A stretch of 64,000 bases of DNA from Candidatus Aenigmatarchaeota archaeon (GCA_043814985.1 JBDRJK010000019.1:56561-120560); one strand, 5' to 3'; positions 18,147 to 27,624 are shown, counted from the first letter of the stretch. Program-made: numbers and translations. The notes: generated by a model from the sequence alone, not told the origin.

Positions 18147-19187
18147 CTAAAGCTTTCTTTGATCAACCCAGTCCTTGACTTTTCCATCCAAAATGTATTT
18201 TGTATTTTTCAATTCTTCTATGTTCTTAGAGCCAGTCAAAAGCATTGTTGTCTTCAGCTCCTTTTCCAGTTTGTCAATATATTCTTCCACACCCTGTTTT
18301 CCTTTGGTTTTCAGAATCCTCAAGAAGGGTAAAGCTATGCCGCACATCTCCGCTCCAAGTGCAATTGATTTGGCAATGTCAACACCTGACCTAATCCCGC
18401 CCGTAGCAATTAGAGGCAGCCCTACTTTGGCTTCTATAATCGAAACAGGAGTCGGGATTCCCCAATTCTTGAAATTCTGGAACTCCTTGCCAGATATCAA
18501 GCCGTCAATAACAATCCAGTTAGTTCCCCCAAAACCTCCCACATCTATTGCCTTGACACCAGCTTCCTTAAGTTTCAAAGCAACATCTCTTGATATGCCA
18601 AAACCTACCTCCTTGCCAATAACAGGGTATTTCAAATCCTTGCATAAGTCCTTCAGAAAACATAGGCATTCACTGAAATTGGAGTCTCCGTTTTTCTGGA
18701 ATATCTCTTGGGAGGGGTTTATGTGAACGCAAAGGGCATTTGCTCCAACATATTTCAAGGCTTCCTCGATTTTATCAATGCTGAATTTCTTCAATTGATA
18801 TATGCCTACATTGCCGAAAAGCAGAACATTAGGAGCAACATCTCTAACATAGTAAGTATCCTTCAATTTAGGGTCTTCTATCATGGCTCTCTGGGATCCC
18901 AAAGAAAATCCAATACCTTTCTTCTCTGCTATTTCTGCTAGGTCCTTGTTTATTTTAGTTGCCTCTTCTGTCCCACCTGTCATTGATGCTATTGTCAGGG
19001 GTAATCTGAGTTTTGTTCCAAGAAACTCCGTGGTAGTGTCTATTTTTGCCAAATCCAATTCAGGCAAAGAATTATGAACTAGGTTAACATCCTCAAAACA
19101 TGCCTTATTGCTTTCAACATTCTCCTCTATGCATATCTTAAGATGGTCCTTTTTTCTTCTCTCCGTTGTCATAGTAATAGAATACAA
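18147..19187 (-). CDS. fni: Type 2 (FMN-dependent) isopentenyl-diphosphate isomerase
   Basis: N-terminal TERRKKDHL, ASMTGGT, GGFGGTNW motifs; 346 aa. Confidence 0.85.
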   Translation of the reverse strand: MYSITMTTERRKKDHLKICIEENVESNKACFEDVNLVHNSLPELDLAKIDTTTEFLGTKLRLPLTIASMTGGTEEATKINKDLAEIAEKKGIGFSLGSQRAMIEDPKLKDTYYVRDVAPNVLLFGNVGIYQLKKFSIDKIEEALKYVGANALCVHINPSQEIFQKNGDSNFSECLCFLKDLCKDLKYPVIGKEVGFGISRDVALKLKEAGVKAIDVGGFGGTNWIVIDGLISGKEFQNFKNWGIPTPVSIIEAKVGLPLIATGGIRSGVDIAKSIALGAEMCGIALPFLRILKTKGKQGVEEYIDKLEKELKTTMLLTGSKNIEELKNTKYILDGKVKDWVDQRKL

Positions 19188-19238
19188 AGGAAGAATATAT
19201 AAAAGTGATAACCGGATACGATGAAAGACGAAGGCTTG

Positions 19239-19628
19239 TCAGAATTTGACTGTTTCTTTGGGAAATACCTTTCTAAATGATTCGTATACATTTTCATTTA
19301 ATTGTTTTTTTGTTTCTTTATCCAACTCATGGAGATACATATCCCCCCCTGCATGAGCTCTATCTAAACCTCCAATATTATTCAAGAAATCCAAATTGTC
19401 TGTGTTCGTTTTCCTTGCTCCTTTATACTGTGGAATCAGTTTTTTAGAATCAATATCATGAATCACAGAAAGAAGAATATTTTGCTCTCCATATCTTAGC
19501 AAAAGAGTTTGTTCTATACCATTCTTTGTAAAGAAATCTTTTCTATCTAAAACATTAAGTCCTCTTTCCTTAAGTTCATCAATTACTCGTCCTATATTGC
19601 CTTTTTTAGTTTCTTGTACCATAGCCAT
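19239..19628 (-). CDS. Hypothetical protein (second gene of a two-gene minus-strand cassette)
   Basis: ORF track; no recognisable family. Confidence 0.35.
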   Translation of the reverse strand: MAMVQETKKGNIGRVIDELKERGLNVLDRKDFFTKNGIEQTLLLRYGEQNILLSVIHDIDSKKLIPQYKGARKTNTDNLDFLNNIGGLDRAHAGGDMYLHELDKETKKQLNENVYESFRKVFPKETVKF

Positions 19629-19644
19629 ATTTTCACCAATTATA

Positions 19645-20019
19645 CTATTGGGATCCTATGCTGAGTTTCGGTATATCCAATCTCTTTTTCCCAATCCCTA
19701 ATCTTCCAAACAACTTCCATCTTGTTGCCTTTACTACAACTTCCTTTCCAACCCCACATTTTTTAATTTGTGTATGAATATATCTATTACAACTTGGTGA
19801 ATGTGGTCTTTTGACTTCTTTATACTCCATTAGAGCATTTTTATTCATATATCCCTCTGGTAAAATATACACATCTTGATTGCATCCTGGACATGGTATA
19901 CCCGTTTTTGCAACTCCACTACCCGGAACTTGTATAGGAATATCTATGTTGTAATTTACCAACGGGATTTTTTTCAGATTTGGTTCACCGTTTTCGTATA
20001 CAGTTTCTATTAATGACAT
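19645..20019 (-). CDS. Hypothetical Cys-rich protein (CPGC...C...C)
   Basis: ORF track; possible zinc-binding. Confidence 0.35.
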   Translation of the reverse strand: MSLIETVYENGEPNLKKIPLVNYNIDIPIQVPGSGVAKTGIPCPGCNQDVYILPEGYMNKNALMEYKEVKRPHSPSCNRYIHTQIKKCGVGKEVVVKATRWKLFGRLGIGKKRLDIPKLSIGSQ

Positions 20020-20145
20020 ATTTACAACCTCCCTTTTAGGTTATCCTATTATAAAACTAAATCTTTATATACTTATCGGTAGTAAAAACAGCCTTATAAA
20101 ATCTTCCCTGATTCTAATATCGTTGTTTGCTGAATTTCTCGTCAA

Positions 20146-20508
20146 ATGACTGAAGTTTGTAAATTGTCGTGGTTAAGTATATATTCCGACGATGAGATAT
20201 TTTCTATTCGAGTGGTGGTAATTTTTATGACAGCTGATCCCATCTTAGGTCAAACAAAGTCATACAGGCATAAGGACATGCCAGATGCCGTGAGGAGGGC
20301 TGCTGAAAGTCTTCCTAAATTGGAAGGCAACCCACACCTGCCTGTATATGGTTCTCAGCATCTTGAAATACTAAGAAAGTCTTTGGAAAAGCAACTGAAT
20401 GTTTCCATACCGCATATCCTTGTGAAAATCATTCCTGAGGAAAAACCATCAATTGATTATGAAACTGATTTGGTTTTTCATGCAGGTTATTCTGGTACCG
20501 AAGGTTAG
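20146..20508 (+). CDS. Hypothetical protein upstream of aIF5B
   Basis: ORF track only. Confidence 0.3.
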   Translation: MTEVCKLSWLSIYSDDEIFSIRVVVIFMTADPILGQTKSYRHKDMPDAVRRAAESLPKLEGNPHLPVYGSQHLEILRKSLEKQLNVSIPHILVKIIPEEKPSIDYETDLVFHAGYSGTEG

Positions 20509-20560
20509 CAATTTTTTACACTAAAGATAAAATCTTTTAAGCTTCTAGATTTAACTATTT

Positions 20561-22288
20561 TTGATTGATATGATTAGGCAGCCCATTGTTGTGACTATTG
20601 GCCATGTGGACCATGGAAAAACCACTTTGCTAGACAAGATTAGAAAAACAGCTGTCCAGTCAAAGGAAGCTGGCGGCATAACGCAGGCAATAGGCGCAAC
20701 AGAGATACCTCTGGACATTGTCAAGAAAGTGTGCGGCGACCTTCTGAAGAAAATGAAAATAGAAATCAAAATTCCAGGCTTGTTATTCATAGACACTCCT
20801 GGACACGAGGCTTTCACAGCTATCAGGAAGAGGGGATCATCAATAGCTGACTTAGCGATTCTTGTTATTGACATAAATTCCGGCATACAGCCCCAGACAG
20901 ACGAGTCAATTCAGATATTGAAAGAGTTCAAGACGCCCTTCCTTATCGCAGCAACCAAGATTGACAGGTTGGAGGGTTGGATAAGAAAAGAGGGCTCTTG
21001 CTTTTTAGAGAGCTTCGAGAAGCAGCCGGACTGGGTAAAGCAGAGGTTTGATGAGAAGTTCTACAGGCTCATTGGTCAGCTATCAGAGAGGGGTTTCAAT
21101 TCAGAAAGATTTGACAGGGTTGAGGATTTCAAGAAGACCGTTTCAGTAGTGCCGTGCTCCGGATTGACTGGCGAAGGCATACCTGAACTTTTGATGATGC
21201 TTACTGGTCTTGCACAGAACTTCCTGAAAAATGAGTTGGAAGTATCCAAGGGCATTGGCAGGGGCTCCATACTTGAGGTTAAAAATGTGAGAGGTTTGGG
21301 CTCAACAATAGATGTGATTCTTTATGACGGAGAAATAAAGAAGGGGGACTGGTTGATAGTCGGTGGTAAAAAACCAATAGTGACAAAGATAAAGGCCCTG
21401 CTAAAACCTAGGCCGTTAAAAGAAATAAGAGTCGAGAAGCAGTTCGAAAATATCGATTATGTTTTTGCTGCTGCTGGAGTAAAGATTGCAGCGCCTGATT
21501 TGGAGGATGCCATTGCAGGAAGTCCCATAGCTACTGTCCATGAGGGAGGCCAGATAGAGGAGATGAAGAAGGAACTGCAAACAGGTATAGAAGAGATTGA
21601 GTTTGAAAAGGCAATTGATGGGATAATACTGAAGGCAGACAACCTCGGCAGTTTGGAAGCCTTGATTGGTATTTTCAAGGACAGGGTTCCCATACAGAAG
21701 GCAGGAACAGGGAATGTTCTGAGAAAGGACGTTATTGCGATAGATGCTGGCAAGGATTCCCTGAAGAAAATTATTATAGCTTTCAATGTGGGCATTGATG
21801 ATGTGGCTGCCCAATACGCAAAAGACAAGTCAATCAAGATTCTACAGAACAACATAATATACAAACTGACAGAAGGTTATGACGAGTTTGTGAAAGAAGC
21901 TAAAGAGAAAATCAGATTGCAGAAGCTTGACACAATAACCATGCCAGCCAAGATTAGGATAATACCAGGTCACACCTTCAGGGCTTCAAACCCTGCCATA
22001 GTTGGAGTAGAAGTTTTAGCAGGGACAATAAAGGCTGGCTACAGGCTCCAGAAGGGAGGGAAGGAGATTGGGGAAATAAAGACAATACAGTCTGACAACA
22101 AGACTTTGGAGAGGGCTGAAACTGGAGACAAAGCCGCAGTTTCCATTGTTGGACCGACTGTTGGAAGGCACATAATGGAAGGGGATGAAATAACAACTCT
22201 TTTGACTGAAAAGGACTTGAAGGTTTTGGAAGATTTAGAACTGAATGCGGAAATACAGCTTGCCAAGCAAATTCTAGGCATTGATTAG
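20561..22288 (+). CDS. infB: Translation initiation factor aIF5B (IF2 homologue)
   Basis: GHVDHGKTTLLDKIR, DTPGHEAF GTPase motifs; 575 aa. Confidence 0.9.
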   Translation: MIDMIRQPIVVTIGHVDHGKTTLLDKIRKTAVQSKEAGGITQAIGATEIPLDIVKKVCGDLLKKMKIEIKIPGLLFIDTPGHEAFTAIRKRGSSIADLAILVIDINSGIQPQTDESIQILKEFKTPFLIAATKIDRLEGWIRKEGSCFLESFEKQPDWVKQRFDEKFYRLIGQLSERGFNSERFDRVEDFKKTVSVVPCSGLTGEGIPELLMMLTGLAQNFLKNELEVSKGIGRGSILEVKNVRGLGSTIDVILYDGEIKKGDWLIVGGKKPIVTKIKALLKPRPLKEIRVEKQFENIDYVFAAAGVKIAAPDLEDAIAGSPIATVHEGGQIEEMKKELQTGIEEIEFEKAIDGIILKADNLGSLEALIGIFKDRVPIQKAGTGNVLRKDVIAIDAGKDSLKKIIIAFNVGIDDVAAQYAKDKSIKILQNNIIYKLTEGYDEFVKEAKEKIRLQKLDTITMPAKIRIIPGHTFRASNPAIVGVEVLAGTIKAGYRLQKGGKEIGEIKTIQSDNKTLERAETGDKAAVSIVGPTVGRHIMEGDEITTLLTEKDLKVLEDLELNAEIQLAKQILGID

Positions 22289-23007
22289 AATACCGTGAAA
22301 CCTAGCAACAACAAAATAATTATCAGCAGAGGCTGGTGCACCAGATAAATGAACAGCGACTTTCTACCAAGAAATGATAAGAATCTTACAATGGAAGAGT
22401 TTGAAACATCTTTTATCTTGAAGCTTCTTTTGCCGTTCTTGTATAAAACGTTTCCAAAATAAATTCCCAACAGAGTTATCCCGAACCATGGAAGAATTGG
22501 AAAGTAGTCAAAGGTGTAAAAATGTTGTGGAGCAAAGCCCAGCCACAAAAGCCAAGGGAAATCAAAGCTGAAGTTTTGTAGATATAAACCAATAATAATT
22601 AACAACAATCCTAGCAACAAGTTCAGTTTTTTAAACTTCAAGAAGAACTGACCGAGTATTATTGAAACCCCTATGAAATGAAGGATTCCGAAAACTACAA
22701 AGGATTCAGGAAATGTTAGAAACGTGATAACACTTATTAGAAGACCATAACTAAAAACCTTCAAGCCCCTTGAAAAGTACTTCTTGTATGTTTCCTTTAA
22801 TTTCTTGCCCCTGATTCTACTATAGCTTATTGTCAGGCTTAAACCAACTAGGAAAATGAAAATAGAGGCACCTAAACCTGGAAGAGCCATTCCCAAGCTG
22901 AAGGTGTATATTCCCAGATACATAAGGGTAAAGGACCAGTTGAAAATCACAATCCTGATTAATGCAATTCCACGCAGAGCATCTATTTCCCAAAACCTCT
23001 TCTTCAT
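22285..23007 (-). CDS. DUF1624/acyltransferase-3-like polytopic membrane protein
   Basis: N-terminal EIDALRGIALI motif; multi-TM. Confidence 0.55.
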   Translation of the reverse strand: MKKRFWEIDALRGIALIRIVIFNWSFTLMYLGIYTFSLGMALPGLGASIFIFLVGLSLTISYSRIRGKKLKETYKKYFSRGLKVFSYGLLISVITFLTFPESFVVFGILHFIGVSIILGQFFLKFKKLNLLLGLLLIIIGLYLQNFSFDFPWLLWLGFAPQHFYTFDYFPILPWFGITLLGIYFGNVLYKNGKRSFKIKDVSNSSIVRFLSFLGRKSLFIYLVHQPLLIIILLLLGFTVF

Positions 23008-23085
23008 AACTTTTAAATAGTTTCTTTTTAATTAATAAACAACCCGGAAATGTGCCTAATAAGCTAAAACTGGGGGTGATATATT

Positions 23086-23667
23086 ATGGCATTTAAAATT
23101 GTAGTAAGCGAACCAAAAAGCAGAAAGGCTTGGCAGATAGAAAAAGAAGCGCCTTTGCTGGTTGGGAAGAAGATTGGGGAAAATTTCGACGGTTCTTTGA
23201 TAGGCTTGTCCGGTTTCAAGTTGCAAGTTACTGGCGGTAGTGACAAGGACGGCTTTCCAATGAGACCGGATTTGGACGGGTCGCAAAGGAAAAAGGCTTT
23301 GCTGACAAAGGGCATCGGTTTCAAGGGAAGGAAAAAGATAAAGAAGAAAATCTTCAAGGTCAAGGGCCTTAGAAAGAGGAAGTTCATAAGAGGCAACATA
23401 GTTTCTGACGATATAATGCAGATAAACTGCAAGATTGTGGAAGGAGAAGGTGACATTCCAAAGATATTGGGAATACAGCCAAAGGTAAAAGAGGGTGAGG
23501 AAAAAGCAGCAGAACAGCCTAAAGAGGAAAAGCCACAAGAGAAACCAAAAGAGGCTCCCAAGGAAGAAGCAAAACCTGTAGAGAAGAAAGAGGAACCCAA
23601 GAAGGAAGAGCCCAAACCAGAACCAAATAAAGAAGAAAGCAAGCCTGAAGAGAAGAAGGGTGAGTAA
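23086..23667 (+). CDS. rps6e: Ribosomal protein S6e with about 60-aa K/E/P-rich C-terminal extension
   Basis: MAFKIVVSEP...GFPMRPDLDGSQRKKALL matches S6e; SD GGGGGTGA upstream. Confidence 0.8.
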   Translation: MAFKIVVSEPKSRKAWQIEKEAPLLVGKKIGENFDGSLIGLSGFKLQVTGGSDKDGFPMRPDLDGSQRKKALLTKGIGFKGRKKIKKKIFKVKGLRKRKFIRGNIVSDDIMQINCKIVEGEGDIPKILGIQPKVKEGEEKAAEQPKEEKPQEKPKEAPKEEAKPVEKKEEPKKEEPKPEPNKEESKPEEKKGE

Positions 23668-24178
23668 ATTCAACAGGGAAATCGAGACCAAGTTCAGAGT
23701 GGATGAGAAACTCTCCTCCAAGCTAAAGAGTCTAAACCTTGTTCCACATGAAGAGATAGATGAATATTTCTTTACAAAGGAAAATGTTACTGGAAGCACA
23801 TATCTCAGGTTCAGAAAGAAAAAGGGAAAGGTGTTTCTTAATTTAAAGAACGTGATAATCGGTGGGACTGATGTTGACATCTATGAGTCAGAGGAAATTA
23901 TGACCGAATTGACAGCAGAACAGTATGAAAAATTAAGAAAAATATTTGAAATACTATTTCCCATAAAATTACAGGTAAGAAAAATAAGAAAGACTGGAAA
24001 ATACGGGCAATGTGAAATATGCCATGATTCTGTTGATGACTTGGGCGAATTTTTTGAAATAGAAGGCAGCAGAGAAAATATAAAGAAAGTCTGCGAAGAA
24101 TTAGATATTGATAATAGCTTGAGAGACAGAGAAAAGGGTTATGTTGAAATGACTTTAAAGAAAATGGGATTGAAATGA
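23660..24178 (+). CDS. CYTH-domain (CyaB/thiamine-triphosphatase-like) protein
   Basis: N-terminal EIETKFRV motif characteristic of CYTH. Confidence 0.55.
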   Translation: MSKFNREIETKFRVDEKLSSKLKSLNLVPHEEIDEYFFTKENVTGSTYLRFRKKKGKVFLNLKNVIIGGTDVDIYESEEIMTELTAEQYEKLRKIFEILFPIKLQVRKIRKTGKYGQCEICHDSVDDLGEFFEIEGSRENIKKVCEELDIDNSLRDREKGYVEMTLKKMGLK

Positions 24179-25374
24179 AAAAAATAGATGAGAGATTAAT
24201 ACCAGAAGTTAATATCGGCACTCTTGGTCATGTAGATCATGGCAAGTCATCAGTTGTCCAGGCAATTTCAGGAAAGTGGCCGGCAACTCATTCTGAGGAA
24301 CTCAAGAGAGGAATCACAATAAAATTAGGATATGCTGATGCAACTATATACAAGTGTGATAAATGCAATTTGTTTTGCTCAACAGAAAAATGCATCAAAT
24401 GTTCTGGAAAGTGCGAGCCTGTGAGAACAGTCTCATTTGTTGACGCTCCTGGCCACGAGACCCTGATGGCGACTGTTTTGGCAGGGGCAAGCTTAATGGA
24501 TGGAATATTGTTTATCATAGCTGCTAACGAGAAGTGTCCGCAGCCCCAGACAAGGGAGCACCTGATGGTTCTTAACATCGTTGGGATAAAGAACGTCATT
24601 ATTGTCCAGTCCAAGGTAGATCTGGTTACCAGGGAAAAGGCAATGAATAGCTACAATCAAATAAAGGAGTTCGTCAAGGGGACAGTGGCTGAGAATGCTC
24701 CGATAATTCCTGTTTCTGCGCAGAAGAACCTTAACATGGACCTTCTGTTGCAATTGATACAAGAGAGAATACCGACTCCGAAAAAGGACAATACCAAGCC
24801 TGCCAAGATGCTGGTTGTCAGGTCTTTTGATGTTAACAAGCCTGGAACAGAGATTGAGAAACTGAGAGGAGGAGTATTGGGAGGAGCCCTCATACAAGGA
24901 GAATTGAAGGTTGGGGACGAAGTCGAGATAAGGCCTGGCATAAGGACAAAGGACAACTGGAATCCAATCAAGACAAAAGTATCTGGTTTGCAGAAAGCAG
25001 GCAAGGATTTGGAAAGAGCAGATGCGGGAGGTCTGCTGGGTGTTCTGACAGAGCTTGATCCATTCCTATCCAAGGCAGACTCGCTCACGGGCTCTCTGGT
25101 TGGAAATGAGCTGCCTCCTATATTAAACAACATATCCTTCAGGCCAAACCTTTTTGATAAGATAATTGAGAAAATAGAACCGTTGAGAATGGAGGAGCAG
25201 CTGATGGTCAATGTGGGGACTGCTAGAACATTGGGAATAATCAAGAACCTTAAGGACGGTGTCTGCGATTTGGAGCTAAGGCTTCCCATATGCGCTGCCA
25301 AGGGTGACAGAATCGTCCTTTCAAGGAGAATTGCAGAAAGATGGAGACTCATTGGGTGGGGTCTCATAGAATAA
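24175..25374 (+). CDS. eif2g: Translation initiation factor aIF2 gamma subunit
   Basis: NIGTLGHVDHGKSS, zinc ribbon CDKC...CIKC, DAPGHE; 399 aa. Confidence 0.9.
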   Translation: MKKIDERLIPEVNIGTLGHVDHGKSSVVQAISGKWPATHSEELKRGITIKLGYADATIYKCDKCNLFCSTEKCIKCSGKCEPVRTVSFVDAPGHETLMATVLAGASLMDGILFIIAANEKCPQPQTREHLMVLNIVGIKNVIIVQSKVDLVTREKAMNSYNQIKEFVKGTVAENAPIIPVSAQKNLNMDLLLQLIQERIPTPKKDNTKPAKMLVVRSFDVNKPGTEIEKLRGGVLGGALIQGELKVGDEVEIRPGIRTKDNWNPIKTKVSGLQKAGKDLERADAGGLLGVLTELDPFLSKADSLTGSLVGNELPPILNNISFRPNLFDKIIEKIEPLRMEEQLMVNVGTARTLGIIKNLKDGVCDLELRLPICAAKGDRIVLSRRIAERWRLIGWGLIE

Positions 25375-25400
25375 CAAAATATTTAAGCTTAAATGTATAA

Positions 25401-26810
25401 TTGTTTCTTATGAAAAAGCTGGTATTGTCATTTCTGGTCCTATCTATTATCTTGACACAAGTTGCATTTGCGCAAGATTTCAACATTGTTGTGGAACCTT
25501 CTGATTTATCACACTATGATTTTTTTGCCAGCCATACTGCTTACATAACAGTTACCATAAACAACCCAATGCCAGAGGACTGGTTCTCAATAATTGTGTT
25601 CGGATTTCCTAATGAATGGGTTGTTGCCAAGGAGTCCTTGGTAAAAATACCTTCTTACAGTAGCAAAACAGTACTTCTAGAGGTCAAACCAGCAAGAGAT
25701 GCCATACCTCAAGAAAAGGAATACCTGCTTAAGATTACAAGGCCCAGCACAGGTTCTGTATTAGAGCAAGCCATGCGCATAAATATCAAGCAGGTCACAT
25801 CAGCAATAATAAGGGACATTTCCCTGAGCTGCGAGACTTGCTCTGATGAAGTCATAGTTTCGGGTGATGCTCTTAATGTTGGCTCAAAATCGTTGACCAA
25901 CTTGGCTGTCATAGTAAAGGTTGCCAACCAGCAAAAAACATTTCCAATCAATAGGTTGGGTGTGCTAGAAAGCAAAGATTTTGCTCTCAGCTTCTCGTTA
26001 GATGGATTAAGTCCAGAAGAATATGATGTTGATTTTAACTTGGTCAATGATGTTGGCATGAGCTTTTACAAAGAAACAAAGACACTTAACATCCCTTCCT
26101 TTGAGAACGTCATCTATGATGAAGAGGTATCTACAACACCGTTCGGAAGCTCGGTGACTGTTACAGCAACCAACACCGGTAATGTTGTTGCAGAGGCTGA
26201 CTTGCAGTCTGTTTCAACAGAGGGATGGCATTATTTCATATCAGGCCCGACTCCAACAGGCATGATGCTCGGCAGTTATTTCTGGAAAGTAAGCTTGGCG
26301 CCTAACGAGTCCAGAAGCATAACCTACTCTGAAATCTACTGGCCAACTTATGTTCTGATAATTTCCGCTGTGATGATTGCAGTTTTCATATACTGGCAGT
26401 CAACAGCTTTGGTTTTCTCAAAAAGATTGATTAGGAAGTCTGGAAAAGAGGTCTCAGTCTCCCTTCACTTGAAGAGCAAGAAAAGGGGCGTTGGCAATGT
26501 TGTTGTCAAGGACAGTGTTCCTGCTGATTTCTCGATTGTCAGCAAGTTCGAAAGCGTTAAACCGCTCATAAGAAAGGTAGCAAGCGGGGTAGAGCTCCAT
26601 TGGAAGTTGGGAAGTCTGAGTCCACATGAGGAAAGAGTTCTCCATTACACATTGAAGCCAGCAAGGGAATTGTTTAAAGATGTAAAGCTACCAAGCGCAA
26701 AGGCAAAGGGTGTTAGACGCAAAGCACCTATTTACAAACGTTCTAACAGGGTTTCTATTCATCCCAAGAAAAGGGCAAAAGGCTTTGTCACAGTATCAGT
26801 CAAGGAATGA
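25401..26810 (+). CDS. Large secreted/cell-surface protein with C-terminal TM anchor
   Basis: Signal peptide, Thr/Ser/Val-rich beta-like repeats, TM near residue 330, basic tail. Confidence 0.45.
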   Translation: MFLMKKLVLSFLVLSIILTQVAFAQDFNIVVEPSDLSHYDFFASHTAYITVTINNPMPEDWFSIIVFGFPNEWVVAKESLVKIPSYSSKTVLLEVKPARDAIPQEKEYLLKITRPSTGSVLEQAMRINIKQVTSAIIRDISLSCETCSDEVIVSGDALNVGSKSLTNLAVIVKVANQQKTFPINRLGVLESKDFALSFSLDGLSPEEYDVDFNLVNDVGMSFYKETKTLNIPSFENVIYDEEVSTTPFGSSVTVTATNTGNVVAEADLQSVSTEGWHYFISGPTPTGMMLGSYFWKVSLAPNESRSITYSEIYWPTYVLIISAVMIAVFIYWQSTALVFSKRLIRKSGKEVSVSLHLKSKKRGVGNVVVKDSVPADFSIVSKFESVKPLIRKVASGVELHWKLGSLSPHEERVLHYTLKPARELFKDVKLPSAKAKGVRRKAPIYKRSNRVSIHPKKRAKGFVTVSVKE

Positions 26811-26842
26811 TTCTGGAAAAGAATTTAAAGCTTACATAACTA

Positions 26843-27097
26843 ATGATTTTTATGTCCAAACGTGATCGTTTTAGTATACCAGTAGAGATTTTGGAAACAT
26901 CTATAAATGGAGCTACAATGAGACAGATTGAGCGTGAAATGTGTCTAGCTGATACTCTTTTTAAAAAATATGAACCAATGCTTTTAGAAGAAGGAACATT
27001 AGAAAAGAAAGAAAAAATATATATAACAACAGAAAAAGGCAAAAATGCTATAACAACATATCAAGAAATGATGGCATTGATCGAATCCAAGGCTTGA
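26843..27097 (+). CDS. Small putative DNA-binding (winged-helix) protein
   Basis: ORF track; 84 aa. Confidence 0.35.
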   Translation: MIFMSKRDRFSIPVEILETSINGATMRQIEREMCLADTLFKKYEPMLLEEGTLEKKEKIYITTEKGKNAITTYQEMMALIESKA

Positions 27098-27146
27098 TGA
27101 TACCAAATAAACTTATAAATACTTCTTTAATTAATTCTGAATATAT

Positions 27147-27262
27147 CCCCGTCTGGCTCAATGGTAGAGCGGTCGGCTGTAGCTTTTTACTGTTGTATTA
27201 AGCATTTAGCAACCGTTCAAACAGAAACCGACAGGTTGGGAGTTCGACTCTCCCGGCGGGGA
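27147..27262 (+). tRNA. tRNA-Tyr (GTA) with 44-nt canonical intron (27183-27226)
   Basis: Acceptor CCCCGTC/GGCGGGG, D-stem GCTC/GAGC, anticodon stem GTCGG/CCGAC, loop CTGTAG^A, T-arm GGGAG-TTCGACT-CTCCC. Confidence 0.6.
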
Positions 27263-27306
27263 CTCTTTTCCTTTTTAGAAAAGAATAAATCTATGTTATC
27301 CAAAAG

Positions 27307-27624
27307 ATGAATATGGTATTAAAGAGAATTAGAAACTTTTTAGAAATTCACACTGACTACTTCAAACTATCCCTCAGGAATAGGAAAAAGTCTGTCCTTT
27401 GTCCCATGTGCAGCAAAAACATATCTAAGATAAGTGCAATAGTACTTTGTAAAAAATGCGATGAAAAATTCTCTAAGTATTCTGATAACTTGAAAAGAAC
27501 AATCGTTGAGAGAATAAAGAAACGTCCGAACAAAACCAAATGCTCTTTCTGTAATGAAGGCGGTCTGAAATTGGATAACAGACTGATTTACTGTGCTGAT
27601 TGCGACGTCTCCTTCCATCTCTAG
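27307..27624 (+). CDS. Zinc-finger protein (two CxxC pairs)
   Basis: CPMCSK...CKKCDE and CSFCNE...CADCD. Confidence 0.4.
   Translation: MNMVLKRIRNFLEIHTDYFKLSLRNRKKSVLCPMCSKNISKISAIVLCKKCDEKFSKYSDNLKRTIVERIKKRPNKTKCSFCNEGGLKLDNRLIYCADCDVSFHL

Noticed and set aside
23056-23880. Minus-strand 274-aa and 192-aa ORFs overlapping rps6e
   Set aside because: Antisense to a clear S6e gene. Low-complexity translation of the K/E/P-rich tail on the opposite strand.
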